Assembly (NCBI GenBank): GCA_002104905.1 | Contig: MCFE01000338.1 | Span: 1-64,000, forward strand | Reading direction: 5' to 3' | Length of the DNA: 64,000 nt | DNA from: Basidiobolus meristosporus CBS 931.73 | Taxonomy: Eukaryota; Fungi; Basidiobolomycota | Part shown: positions 50,020-61,887 of the stretch, in pieces | Position numbering within the stretch: position 1 is the first letter of the stretch | How the letters are laid out: each line of letters opens with the position of its first letter | Notes under the pieces: generated by a model | Database searches by the model: none | Told to the model about the DNA's origin: nothing | Seen by the model: only the letters and a program-made list of their open reading frames with translations | Made by a program: the position numbers and the translations under genes

Positions 50020-51566
50020 CTACATCACGAGCAACGTGTCGTAGTCATGCTCGCTGACCACAACCTCAATTGATTCCCCTTCGTTTTGAAACTGTTTCTC
50101 AAGCCTTGGTTTGAGTACGTGGTGAAGGTAGCTGCGTTCAGTATTTGGGTCTTGACCTGGCCACCCGAAAAGTTAGACTCGAACTCCAAAAAAAGGAATA
50201 ACCCAAAGTCCCCGCTTACATAGAATTACGCTCGTGCCCCTGGACGCAGCCATCAGCATGTCTTGACGGGACATTTCTCGAGTAAAATACACATCTGCTT
50301 TTACCGCGGCGAACACTGAAGGGTCTAAATAAACAAGAGTGAGGAGACGATAAAAACCGACACATCAGAGAAACTCCGCTTTACTTGAGCCGGCGTAGAT
50401 CCCGATGGTACGAATGTTTTGTGAAAAGACGCCATCCTGTTGCGCATGCCTTTGCGATGGCGCCACTCGTACATGCTTTACGCTGAGATTGAGTTTGAGT
50501 CGAGCCACTATCATATCAAGGGAGGTGGGGTGGCTTAACGTCAATATTCGGACCACTCCGGAGCCGTCGAGTTCTACATGGAATTTAGCTTAGATTGTGC
50601 AATTAATGAAGCTGCGGAAAACCCTACCGGTGGCACCAGGACTGAGGGCCATCGATGTGATGATTCCGTCTCCTAAAGCGCGACCCATCCAGTCACACAC
50701 TACGAAGAGCATCCATTAAGTTCGCGCATTATGTTACACAATATTGCATCCGTCACTAACCACCACCGTCACAATTGTCCAGAGCTGAGTGCGGCGAGTA
50801 CACTGATATTCCATTGACAATACAGTTCATAATCAACGCCTGGCGCTCATCCGCCATATTCAACCTCTTCAATGGTTCGAACATCGGGGGTCGATAAGAT
50901 ATGATGACTCCGACTTTGGGATCAGCTACAGCGTCATCTAGGACTTGTTTCGTCAGGTCAGTTGTCAAAATCACACGAGTAGCAAACTGACGAGTCTTCG
51001 GCGGCTCTGGAGATTCTAGTCAGTATAATGTTGCTAAGTGACTATGTGGTCCACGAAGAAATACCTATCAATAGTCCCACATTGTCCCAAGTTGTATCAG
51101 CGAGGGAAAGTGGGGCTATTATTTCCATGTGTCTCTCTACGCGAGATATCAGAGATTCGGAATTCGTCGAATTCATCACCAGATCGGGTGGAAATGTGAA
51201 GTGCTCCATAGATATCAAGGGTGGTGTAGGGCAGGATACCTGTATTGCGGAGGTTGGGGTTCGCGGGGTGGATGTTTGCGCATTCTCCAGCATAGAGCCT
51301 TCCAACAAAAGGCTCTCGTGCTTTCTAGGCGCAGACTCGTCTTGTGGAGGCAGCGTTCCAGTGAAATACTGGCAATTCTCCAAATGCTTTCTACAGTTGG
51401 CCTTCTTGTTAAGGATCTTCTGCTGAAAGGCCACCGTCTCCCCCTTTCTCTCCGCACAATATTTACATACTGCAAAACGATCCTTCTTGTTCGCCATCTC
51501 GTCTAACACTATGAAATGCTCGGAGAGTTCATGTCGAGGTCTACCGCGCTTTCTTACTTCTTTCAT
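50020..51566 (-). CDS. BED-type zinc finger fused to a NIF3/DUF34 domain with substituted metal ligands, 6 exons
   Basis: Exon 1 (51566-51065) runs from RGRP..HF..CKYC..HLENC into APLSLADTTWDNVGLL; later exons give TTDLT, SYRPPMF, YSPHSALD, GVCDW, HVRVA, TIGIYAGS, TREMSRQ, VILCQDPNTERSYL. Confidence 0.85.
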
Positions 51567-51874
51567 TTTTTAATACTCTATGGCTCCTTTTTCCTTCCAC
51601 TAAACTCTTCCCAGTCATTAACGCCTTGTTGCCGTCGCGGGATATCAACACACCAGCAGGCTCAGATGGAAGAAATTTTTGCAAATGCCGTCTCCACGGC
51701 TCGGAAATTAAGTTGCTAATCGAATTACTCATCCCATTGCCAACATGTTTCCAAATAGACAATTCCACAATATTCAATACCGAAATCGCGAGTTTAAATG
51801 CTCCACGAGTACCTAAGTTACTGGTATTGGTAATCTTCAATCTTGTCCATTAGCTGGTTATAGCTACTGAAGCA

Positions 51875-52862
51875 ATGACTGAAAACGCTTTGGTCCCTTG
51901 GAGGTTCTGTAATCCGTACGCCAACCAGAAATACGATCCGGTCAGATCGTTTATTTTTAACGGGCATGAAAGTAAGCGGGGTGTATATGTTGGTGTGAAT
52001 GACCGCTTACTTACCTTCTTCCAGTTGTCATACAACAGAATCAAGACCAGAAGATAGACATCACCCAAAACACCGGGAATATTGTGTGGGATGGGGTAAG
52101 AGTACTGAAATCGCCGGCGTGGTATATTGGCTAACTCTGAGGCCCGAGCAGGCTTATATTCTGTCGAGATTCATACAGAAGCATGTGAAAGTAAAGGGGA
52201 AGAGATGCGTTGAGCTTGGTGCCGGGACAGGCTTGGTGGGCCTCGTAACTTGGTCACTTGGTTTGTTAGCTGGCGACAAGTAATGGGCAGCGCCACATCT
52301 ACTAACCGACCAATTTGACAAAAAGGCGGAAAAGTAGTCCTAACAGAGATACCAGACTTGATAGAGCTGACACAGAAAAACGTCGAGTTGAATACTCGCG
52401 CCCTAGTTGGTGACCTTTCGGAAGAAGACGTTGATGTCAAAGTGCTGAGTTGGTACAGTGGTTGAGCGAAGATTCTTGAATGAAAGTGGTATTCAATCTT
52501 TACTACAGGGGGGATGAAGCCCAGATAAACGACCTGTCGCCCCCGTACGAAGTGATTCTAGGTTCAGAGATATTGTATCTAAAAGACTTCCACAAAGATC
52601 TGTTAAAGACACTTTGTCGATTGTCTGATTCGAAGACGGAGATCTATATGGTATATAAGGAACGAGGCTTGGGTGAAGAGAAGTTCTTTATGCTGGCTAA
52701 GAGGTTCTCCTTCGATATCGAACAGGTGACTACTCCCCCGCTCGCAGTGATAGCATCATTTTCCTCATCTCAATATTCTAGGTACCCAACGAAATGATCG
52801 ACGAAGAATTCCAAAACCAGCCGTATCGAGTGTTCAAGATGAAAAAGCTGGATGGGCCTTAG
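51875..52862 (+). CDS. SAM-dependent protein-lysine methyltransferase (METTL21/family 16), multi-exon
   Basis: TGNIVWDG|AYILS, VELGAGTGLVG, VVLTE, EVILGSEILY, YKERG. Confidence 0.88.
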
Positions 52863-53003
52863 ATCAATGATCGTTTATACAGGTTATTTTTGTAAGAACA
52901 AAGCAGCCGAAGTGGATTGACAGGAGTCAAACTATAGAAATTAAATTTTTACAAAAAGGAGCTATTTGACGTTCTAGTGAGGTGGGAAATAAGCCAAAAT
53001 CTA

Positions 53004-53934
53004 ATCTAATCTCTCTTCTTGAATCTTTTCTTGAAATGCTTCCTGCCTCCAGCTTGTTTGGTTTCTTGAACCTCCAAGAACTTGCGCTTGAAGTAGCGTT
53101 TGGAATCGGTGTCAGCCATAAGCTCGCCCAGGATGGTTTCCTTGCGCTCTCTGCGCGTGAGACGAGCAGAGTAGAACTCTCCTGCACCCTCGATGATGGT
53201 TCCAACCTGGGAAAGACGAGAAAGGTTGGTACGGGTGCTGGTACATGGAAATCATTGCAAAGGTGAAGAGTACCTGGAAGTATTTTGGAAGTTCTTTGCT
53301 GTTATCCTTCTTGTAATGACGCTTAGGATCCAAAACATTTCTCAGCTTGATCAAAGTCAAATCCCTCTTCAACTCGTCGGTGATATCAGGTGCGGGCATG
53401 TCGAACCATTTCGCGCCAGCAGTCTTTTCCTTTTCCTAATGGCATCCAGATTGAGTCAAACTAACTCATTGTTGGGGAACTACTTCAAACGCAATCGGCA
53501 ATACCTTGGCAAGTTCTTTTCTGGTTGGCAACTCAGCCTTCAATAATTTCCGAGTTGGGAGCTTTTCGAGTGCCTTAGTTTGCTCAGCAGAAGCATCGTC
53601 ATCTTCCAAGGCCACGGCAGTATTCTTCATTTTAGAGACTCCCTTTTTTTTGGTCTCGATGTAAAGGTTCTCTTTGATTTTCAATCCAGAATCGAGCGAA
53701 GGGAACCTGTTATCTAGTTAAAAAATCTGCATATTTATCAGCTCTAGAAGCTACGCATAGATACCTCATGAGAGAAGGTTTCGGTTGTTTTCTGTAAGGT
53801 GGAGATGGTTTAGAATCTGGGTGATTTGCAGTAATTAGTGGTGTCGCAGCTTACTTGTTTTCCTGAGATTTCAAGTTCTGAGCAGCTGCATTGAGCAAAG
53901 CATCCAATTCAGTATCCTCGAACAGCGCAGCCAT
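53004..53934 (-). CDS. FCF2: rRNA-processing protein Fcf2, multi-exon; start inferred
   Basis: KTAGAKWFDMPAP, RDLTLIKLRNVLDPKRHYKK, PKYFQ|VGTIIEG..EFYS.RLTRRERK. Confidence 0.9.
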
Positions 53935-54392
53935 GTTAACAGAAATGTACTAAGGAAAGTAGCAGTGTCGACTGGAGCCCAACACTTTAAACTCTGGTTA
54001 AATTCGTTTTCATCAAGTACACCATCTCCCAATGTTAGGAATTTTCTTTTTTTTTCTTTCTGGTCATAGTGGTAGGATTCATTCATGACGATTCCAGAAT
54101 ATTTGATTCCCGTCAAAACCCCCATTAGATTTATTCTGTTGTTCCCGAATAATTGAGGACCAACACCACCACACGAATATACAGATACCAACTTAGGGTC
54201 AAACCAGAGGTAGGAGTAACCAAATTCTACCTAGTCATTGCCCACGTATTGTCGTGAAATGTCATCTAACATGAAGTGGTTACTGAACATGAACAACATC
54301 CGAGGAGAACATGACTTTAATAATGCGAATAAAGTTGGAACAAAGTGAAGTGTTTATGAGAAAAAGACGATTTTCAGTATCTAGCGATTTCC

Positions 54393-54869
54393 CTAGAACT
54401 AAACGAGAAACCAACAACGAGGTGTTAGGTGAGGTGAATATAGATATAGACCAACGCCAGAAAAGAGAACGTGTACTCACATCAGCCAAAGTGTCCTTGA
54501 TTTCTCTAGGGCCACGGACCTTGTTGGTGCGAAGGGATTTGAGATAGGCAAGTGCGAGGTGACGGCAGTTCTCGTAGTGGTTAACACCTTGAGTTCTATA
54601 ACATTCACGAAGTTTCTTTTTGACGATTCTCTCTTCCATTAATTTAACCCAGTCCTCACGAACCCTTTGGTTACGAGCAGCCAAGACAGCTAAAGACAGC
54701 AAAATCCAAGCGGAGGCAAAGCTTGGTTACATGGATGCACTTCTCGAACAGAGATAACTTAAGATATCTGGCTATTACCTTCGCGGTCATCTTTGTCGAC
54801 CTCCTCAATTTCAGGGACTTTGGGGTAGGTTTTGTGTTCGGGGTATTTCCAGCTCTCAGTGGCACTCAT
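54393..54869 (-). CDS. Complex I accessory subunit, NDUFB10/12-kDa-like, 3 exons
   Basis: VREDWVKLMEERIVKKKLRECYRTQGVNHYENCRHL. Confidence 0.85.
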
Positions 54870-55267
54870 GGTTTTTGTAAATCACTTTGATGGGGAGGTT
54901 AAAGATATAAATAAAAAAGAAAGCGACAGAGTTTCTTTCGTGGTTGAGAAATAATTACTGGGCTCACCTTTTGAAAGCTCTCGCCAATTTTCCACCAAGA
55001 AGGGTATTTCATCTGGCTCTCAATTCGAGTAAAAGTTGGAGCCCCATAAGCTTCCCCATCGCAATATGCGGATCTGACTCACCCCATGACCTTGGGAGTT
55101 ATGCAAGAAATAATCCCACTTCGTCTATCGGTACATAAACATATTCAGGATAGATTGAAATCCAAGTCACGTTCTTTTGTTTCTTTTTTTCTCTCAAGAT
55201 TTTGGGTGTGAAGTATCTGGCTTTCGGTGTACAGTCAATCCCTCTCTATTTTTTGGAAACTCTCACC

Positions 55268-56290
55268 ATGCCTCGCCAAGACGACGAAGAGATCTCTTTC
55301 GAACAACTAGCTAGAATCCAAAAGGAAATCGGCCTGAAAGAATTCCACAAAAAATTCAGAACGAAAGCACAAGAGGAAAGTGACGACGACGACGACGACG
55401 AGGAAGAGGTGGACATCAACAGCTCTGATGAGTTTTCTGAAGAATCCGACTCCGCTCCCGAAGAGGTCACCACCTCCAAGAAAGGAAGAGGAAGCAAGAA
55501 GAAGTACTCAAGAGTCCCTCTACTTCTCTTCAACGAGCCTCGACTAATCAGTGTTCTCGGAATTTTCGTTTAGGCCCATGGAAGTCACTTCGAAGAGACC
55601 GGTCAGTCGCTTCAGAAATGTTGTAGAGGGGCCAAAACTAGTACGTGTTATCATTTATTCTGCCGCCTGTCTCGTTCTACCTGGACTAACCCCCTTTCTT
55701 CTACAAGAAAACTCGTGATCCCCGCTTCGATAACCTATCTGGAAAATTGAATGAGGAGATGTTTGGTAAATCCTATCAATTTTTGGAGAACTACAAGTCC
55801 GATGAGCTGAGAATGCTCCGTGAGTCCATCGCTAAAGAGAGAGATCCTAAGCAAGTGGAGAAACTGAAGAGTCAGCTTCAGAGAATGGTATGTTGATGGA
55901 AACCCCAGCCCCGTAGGAGCATGGCGCGCTGACAACCCAGTTCTTTTTAGCAATCCCAACAAGCGGCCATGAAGGAGAAACATCGCAAACAAGAAATCAA
56001 GCACAGTAGAAAGAAGGCCGAAATGGAGATGGTTTCCAAGGGAAAGAAGCCATTCTTCTTGAAGAGATGTACGTATTTGTTCAAGTACCCAATCCGACTC
56101 TTCTTATAACAGCCTGCTGACACCTTCCCTTCCAGCCGAGCTCAAGAAACTGGAGCTTGTTGATAAATTCAAAAATCTCAAGGAAGCCGGTAGCATTGAC
56201 AAGGTTATCGAGAAGCGCAGAAAACACAATGCCGCCAAACAACACAAACGCATCCCCTTCAAGAGAAGAAGAACCGAAGGCGATCAATAA
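55268..56290 (+). CDS. RRP36: rRNA biogenesis protein Rrp36, multi-exon
   Basis: ISFEQL, acidic tract, PMEVTSKRPVSRFR, RDPRFD, FGKSYQFL, KPFFLKR, KRRKHNAAK. Confidence 0.92.
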
Positions 56291-56682
56291 TCCAGCAGCC
56301 ATCTATGATATTCTCATTTGTATTTTAATCTTGTTTTTGAGCTTAGAAGAATAGCAAATATGCTCGGGAATGTTTAGCTTAATTTATTGTGTTGCCTCAT
56401 CAAATGTATAGTGAAGTAAAATAAGGTTCATTTGCTCTGACCATTGTTGTTTGTAATGCTTGGAATGTTGGGGCTGCGATTATTGATTACGACGGTGTTA
56501 GCATGTACGTAAGAATATATAGCTACAATTACCGCCAGCTCATACATGGCTGAGTAGACTAGAATATCTAGTGCATAATAATCCACGCTGTAGTAATTTA
56601 AACCAAGAATTGCCAACATAATGAATACCCCTCTTGACTGATGAAATCGTCAGTGACATCAAGCTCTGTGTATTACATTTCA

Positions 56683-56874
56683 ATGAGGTTTACCACCATC
56701 CTCTTGCTCTCGGTCTCCGCCGCATCTTTACTCGCAGCATCACCCATGGACCGGGTGACCACAAACGGTGTCAGAGAAATCCGCTATTGGGAAAGTGAAC
56801 AATCCCCGGATGGGATATCTGTGGAGAGCTCTGTTGGTAAGGATGGAAAGGACGGCAAAGACGGTGAATCCTAA
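56683..56874 (+). CDS. Putative small secreted peptide (63 aa) ending in Gly-X-Y repeats
   Basis: ATG, signal peptide MRFTTILLLSVSAASLLAA, C-terminal GKDGKDGKDGES. Confidence 0.6.
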   Translation: MRFTTILLLSVSAASLLAASPMDRVTTNGVREIRYWESEQSPDGISVESSVGKDGKDGKDGES

Positions 56875-57134
56875 CTTGCATTTGACGATGTGGCTTCTCC
56901 AGCTTCATAATATATTCATATTATTTTGGAAGATAGTTTAGTCCCAATTGTAGAGCAAATCCACGATAAGATCTACCAAAATAAACACTCCTGAAACCAT
57001 GGAGCGATGATCCTTTACTTATATCTTTGGGATGTTTCCAATAATCATATCGCTATTCTTATAAGGCAGCCTCTCTATACCTGGTTTCGTAGAAATGACC
57101 AGGCCCAAGGAATGCTCACGTTGATTCCTATTCC

Positions 57135-57607
57135 CTATACCTCCTCCAACGGCTCCTCCTCCAGGATCCTATTCAGCTCTGTGTATGAGCGATACTCTCG
57201 CCGAGACCGTAAACGAGCGTCAGCCGCGGCGGATGCTCCAAGGAAGACAGAACTACCAAGCAGGTTTGCCTTTATGAAGGAAAAAGGTGAAGTAAGCAAC
57301 AACTCGGGAAATATTAGCAAATAGTACTCTTTACGCAAATATCAAGCCAGTCGAATTGCTTATACGGCAATAACCCTTGAACAAACTCGCTCGAAAGGCC
57401 TAGGGCGAGCGCGGCGAGTGCGGCTCTCATAACATTTTGAGCCAGAGTGGGGGAATTTAGGAAGAAGTAGATAAGTGAAGTCAGGAATCCAAAGCAAAAG
57501 AAGTGTAGGACTTTGTCGTTAATCTCTACCTCCAGCCCAGGTGCGAAACCAAGAAATGCCATAAAAAGGCACCAAACTACGATGACCACGCCCAGAATCC
57601 ACCTCAT
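57135..57607 (-). CDS. VanZ-like small membrane protein, 2 exons
   Basis: NDKVLHFFCF, SEFVQGLLPYKQFDWLDIC|ANLLG. Confidence 0.85.
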
Positions 57608-57767
57608 TGACCGAAACGTGGCATTTAACAGCGTTAGGCTGCAAGCACGAAGCAATTCACGGCTTTAATACGTTGTGATCGGATAACGAGATTTCTGGAG
57701 CGCTCCAAACTATTCGCATAAAATTAGTCACGAGTGCTCGGTTTCGGATAAGCATTGGTGGTGACAG

Positions 57768-57849
57768 AATCTGAATAGCCTTAACCTCGAAGTTGACCTC
57801 TTGCTATTCAATAGCAGAGATCAACTTCGAGGTTAAGGTTATTCAGATT
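57768..57849. other. 82-nt near-perfect inverted repeat (hairpin/cruciform) in a divergent intergenic region
   Basis: Arms AATCTGAATAGCCTTAACCTCGAAGTTGACCTCTTGCTA and TAGCAGAGATCAACTTCGAGGTTAAGGTTATTCAGATT; 2 substitutions and 1 indel. Confidence 0.93.
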
Positions 57850-58134
57850 GAGTAGGTGGTTCAATGACGAGGAAAGCAAAGTGTTGACTTCAGGTCACGT
57901 GGGAAGCAATTTAAACAATGAATGAAAATGAACCAATCCAATCAACCCATGTAAGAGATCATGCTAGCGAGGACGCAAAAGAATCAACGTAATGTAACAA
58001 TCAGACACTCATCAGGGTCAAGCCCATACTTAGCAAGTTACTTTTCTAGTTTTGCTGTTGTCCTTTCTCTTTGCTAGGTTACCTCAAGAACAGTGAAGGT
58101 TAAATTCGAAACCTAACTCGCACATATCTCCATC

Positions 58135-58868
58135 ATGAAGAGTCTTACTGCTTTCGTGGCTCTTTTGAGTGTCTATATTACTCTTTTCTTGTCCACCTAC
58201 ACTCCAACCGTGCAAGCGACCGCTTTGACATACTGGGTGCCTGCTAATGATAAAGCTTGTTTTTATGCTTGGGTAGATGCTGAAGGAAAGAAGGTTTCCT
58301 TCTATTTCGCGGTAAGCTAAACATAGATTGGCCCTTGTTATTACCACTGCTTCTTGGAGTACTCATGAAAGCAATCTCCATCGAACAGGTGCAAACCGGT
58401 GGTAATTTCGATATCGACTACGAGATCTTAGACCCTAGATCACGCATCGTCGCCAAGGGCGAGAAGGAACGCCAGGGTGATATGGTATTCACTGGTAACG
58501 AGGTGGGAGAATACAGCTTCTGCTTCAGCAACGGCATGTCTACCTTTGCTGAGAAGCTGGTCGATTTCGACATCAGCGTTGAAAACGAAGTGAAGGCCAT
58601 GTTGCCCCATAGACAAACCTTGGAAGAACACCACACCAACCCTACTGAAGAATCCATTACCCGTATCGGTGGCTCTTTACACAACATTAACCGTATGCAG
58701 AAGTATTTCCGCACACGTGAGAACAGAAATTTTGCTACCGTGGAGTCCACCGAGTCCCGTATCTTCTGGTTCTCACTTCTAGAGTGCGCCCTTATTGTTG
58801 GTATTGCATCTCTCCAGGTCTTCGCCATCCGTATGCTTTTCGCCACCAACAAGAAGGGTCACATTTAA
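58135..58868 (+). CDS. p24/EMP24/gp25L family cargo receptor (GOLD domain), 2 exons
   Basis: Signal peptide, CFY, FYFA|VQTGGNFDID, YSFCFSNGMSTFAEKLVDF, QKYFRTRENRN, C-terminal TM. Confidence 0.93.
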
Positions 58869-59816
58869 TCGGTCCATCCGGTGCTTCCTGCTTATCTATT
58901 CTGTCAAGTAACCAATCTAGAGTCGACTTTAGTGGTTCTTCTTTTAGTTACATTGGGATCCTCTGGGCTCTAAAAATCGCTTACAATGTATCTTTCCCAG
59001 AACACTTCGTAATTATTAAAAAATCTCTTTTCATAATGAATAAGCTGCGCCAAAGCAGAGCACCGTCGGAGGGGCGTAAATAACTCACTCCACGTTAGCA
59101 TCATTTGTAAGATGTTGATTAGGTGAATGGGGGGGGAATCCTGTTGTACTACCCCAAATTGCCCAATAACCATCCAAGATCATTCGCTTAACTGGCTACG
59201 ATGCGTTCTACGATGCATATATGCCAAATCCATTGGAGAAGCAGGGAGTGTTCTGAATTTTGAAACCATCATTGGCTCGTTGAAGGTGCATCGGACGTAT
59301 CCGTGTGGACGAGAGTATTTCTCTATGCAAACTTTGCTCTCTATCTGGATGCACTCAACCTCTGACCAAACCCGTTGCTCCATGATACACAAAATCGAAT
59401 CTGCTGCAACACAAGTAAGAATCCTGTTTGGTTCCTTGAGGAAGAAGATGTCACACTCTAGACAAATTGAAACAGCCGCTTGACTGGTTGATCCAAACAG
59501 ATCGGCAATCTATAGCGACGTCAATGAGCATGATAGGACTATCAAAAAAGCTCGAACAAATCCGAGTAGCAGGAACGGAGGTCAAGGCAGGCGAGTGGCT
59601 GCATGATCGAGGAGTGGATTATGGGTGTCAACATTGGGTTTATTTCTGTTCGAGTTTTATGAGTCTGACAGGCAGATAAAGGCTAGAACAGCGAACTGCT
59701 CAACCAAATCGAAGTGGGAGGATTGAGAGCGGTAGGGTATGAGTTGTTGCACAAAAACGAATAGGAATATCAAAATGCTTGTTTCTTGTATGGTCAAGGA
59801 GATGGCTTCCGGGAGT

Positions 59817-60296
59817 TTATTGGTCTTGTGGGAGATGAACGAAGCCAGAACCCTTGTAACCTTCGGAGGTGATACCAGTGAGGGGATTGGCCTTTTGTTC
59901 CTTCATCCTCTCATTGGTAGCCTCTTGCCATTCCTTGGTAAGAGTATGAGGAGCAGGCTGTCCGGCTTGGCGAATGAGGTAGAAGAGACCGGTAGAGATA
60001 GCAAGAACTGCAACAACACCGTTGAAGATCTTGATACCATCACCCTTCTCCAAAGGAGCCTTACGAAGGCCGTGGGGGCCAAAGGCAAGCCAGTAGGCGG
60101 CTTGCTTTTGGTCGAGGCTCAAGGCCTTCCAATCACCCTTTTGGGCCTCAACGATCTTGTTGTAGATTTTGGCCTTCTCCTCTTGAGCAAGGGTCTTCCA
60201 TGAGCTACGGATGTTGTTCAAGGCAGGAGTGGAGGCAGTGGAAGCAGAGCGGGCGAAAGCTCTCTTGGCGTTAACGGAGGCAATGCGGGCGAACAT
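59817..60296 (-). CDS. COX5: Cytochrome c oxidase subunit IV family (fungal Cox5)
   Basis: Presequence; QKGDWKALSLDQKQAAYWLAFGPHG, TLTKEWQEATNERMKEQKANPLTG. Confidence 0.93.
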   Translation of the reverse strand: MFARIASVNAKRAFARSASTASTPALNNIRSSWKTLAQEEKAKIYNKIVEAQKGDWKALSLDQKQAAYWLAFGPHGLRKAPLEKGDGIKIFNGVVAVLAISTGLFYLIRQAGQPAPHTLTKEWQEATNERMKEQKANPLTGITSEGYKGSGFVHLPQDQ

Positions 60297-61050
60297 GTTG
60301 GAGAACTGCGAATGACGCGAAAAAAAAAGGCAAGGCAAAAGTCAGTCCACTGAGATACGTCATATCGAAACACTACAATACGGAGTCCGTTAAATTTCCA
60401 CCTACCAAATGATTATTCGGTCCGGTTGAGTAACAAAGAACGAAACAGCAACCCTACTCGTTTAGTAGGCTTTTCTACCCCTCCGATTTCCCCAGCTTTT
60501 TCGGCACCCTACTTGAATATAGAAATTTTTTCGACTCATCTACACTCAGGAACGCTATGTATCCATTGTAAAGCTTGATTCAATGGAAGGCTCTCTCGCC
60601 CCAATTTTTCGCCCTACTCCCCACCCTGAATCTCTCCCCCGAAATAGGGTAATGGCCCGACCTAGACCTCAGCATCCATTATCCAAATGATGTCACACCA
60701 ATTGGTGAGAACGGCCCTTCATTTCGACCATTTGCTGGCGAGGAAGACGATGATATGTTGAGGGTGTTTGCGGTGTTTAAGTGCAGTGGATGAACACTGA
60801 CAGGAGACGTCGATGGTGCCCACATATAGCATATAAACAAGTCCAATTTGGATTCGCGAGGATTTGAAATAGCTCTTGCACCAGGCCATTTGTGGAAGGT
60901 TGCACCAACTGTAATTCCCTTAACTGATGCGCTGCTTCATGCGGTAGCGACGAACAAACAGCCAAGTATTTGAAATCAAGCGCAACCGGGACGCGGTTAT
61001 AAGCGACGGATCCCTGAGCTGCTGCCCTCATTCCCAACTTCATTTTAACC

Positions 61051-61620
61051 ATGAGCCCCAGACAACACCATGTATTGACCTCTGAGGAGGAAAAGGAGCA
61101 TCGCCAACGAGTGACCGTTGCCGGACTTCAGGGGGCTGCGGCAGGGGCAGTCATTGGTTTGGGGGTGTTGGCCCTTGGACGACGAAATCTCAGTTACTTT
61201 CAAACCATGACACCTCGGTTGAGATCGTATTTTGTTGGATATGCTGTGGTGGGTGCGGCAATCTATCAGGGGGAGAGGGTTCACTTCCAGGTGCTCCGGG
61301 AGTTCCAGCAGGCTGACCTGATCGCAAGAGGCTTGGAATCGCCCAAGCCAGCAGCTGATTCGTTCGACTGGAGACAGTATGTTGCTGAGCACAGATACGG
61401 GATCATCGGAACCACTTGGGCTGTTGGCATGACGGCCTCGATGTTCTACTTGGCCAGGCAGAGATACCTAACCATGTCTCAAAAGATTGTGCAGGCCAGA
61501 ATGTACGCACAAGCCATTACTTTAATCAGTTTGACTGCCACCGCAGGTGTTTCCATGTCGAAGACCGAGAAGATCACCAAGAGAATCGAGGACGAAGCTA
61601 AGAAGCCTTGGGAGATTTAA
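61051..61620 (+). CDS. RCF2: HIG1-domain respiratory supercomplex factor 2-like
   Basis: N-terminal TM pair, HRYGIIGTTW, MSQKIVQARMYAQAITL. Confidence 0.88.
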   Translation: MSPRQHHVLTSEEEKEHRQRVTVAGLQGAAAGAVIGLGVLALGRRNLSYFQTMTPRLRSYFVGYAVVGAAIYQGERVHFQVLREFQQADLIARGLESPKPAADSFDWRQYVAEHRYGIIGTTWAVGMTASMFYLARQRYLTMSQKIVQARMYAQAITLISLTATAGVSMSKTEKITKRIEDEAKKPWEI

Positions 61621-61887
61621 TCCTCACCGTTCCATTACGCATGTATCATACCTATACCTCGATTTGCAATAACCATCAGTATATGCAGCCACATACAATA
61701 CTACATAATAGTTGTACCGCATCATGAATTATTAAACAAAGATTCCCATAATGTTGATCGATTCCCTCAAACCCTAACCCTGATTTCAATCCCTCCCCTG
61801 AAAAGAGTTTACCCACGTCTCATGAGGGTGGAAAATGTTCCCTTATGTTGGGATTCCCAGCTCGAACTCTTTTCATAGTATAGCAGG

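Noticed and set aside
59127-59679. Two short + strand ORFs with a possible intron between them
   Set aside because: No splice phase gives a continuous ORF from an ATG; no recognisable family
60654-60973. ~105-codon frame with two stops in the COX5-RCF2 spacer
   Set aside because: No recognisable homology; could be chance
61768-61780. AAACCCTAACCCT telomere-like/telo-box word upstream of DNAJC8
   Set aside because: Only two units; too short to support a feature
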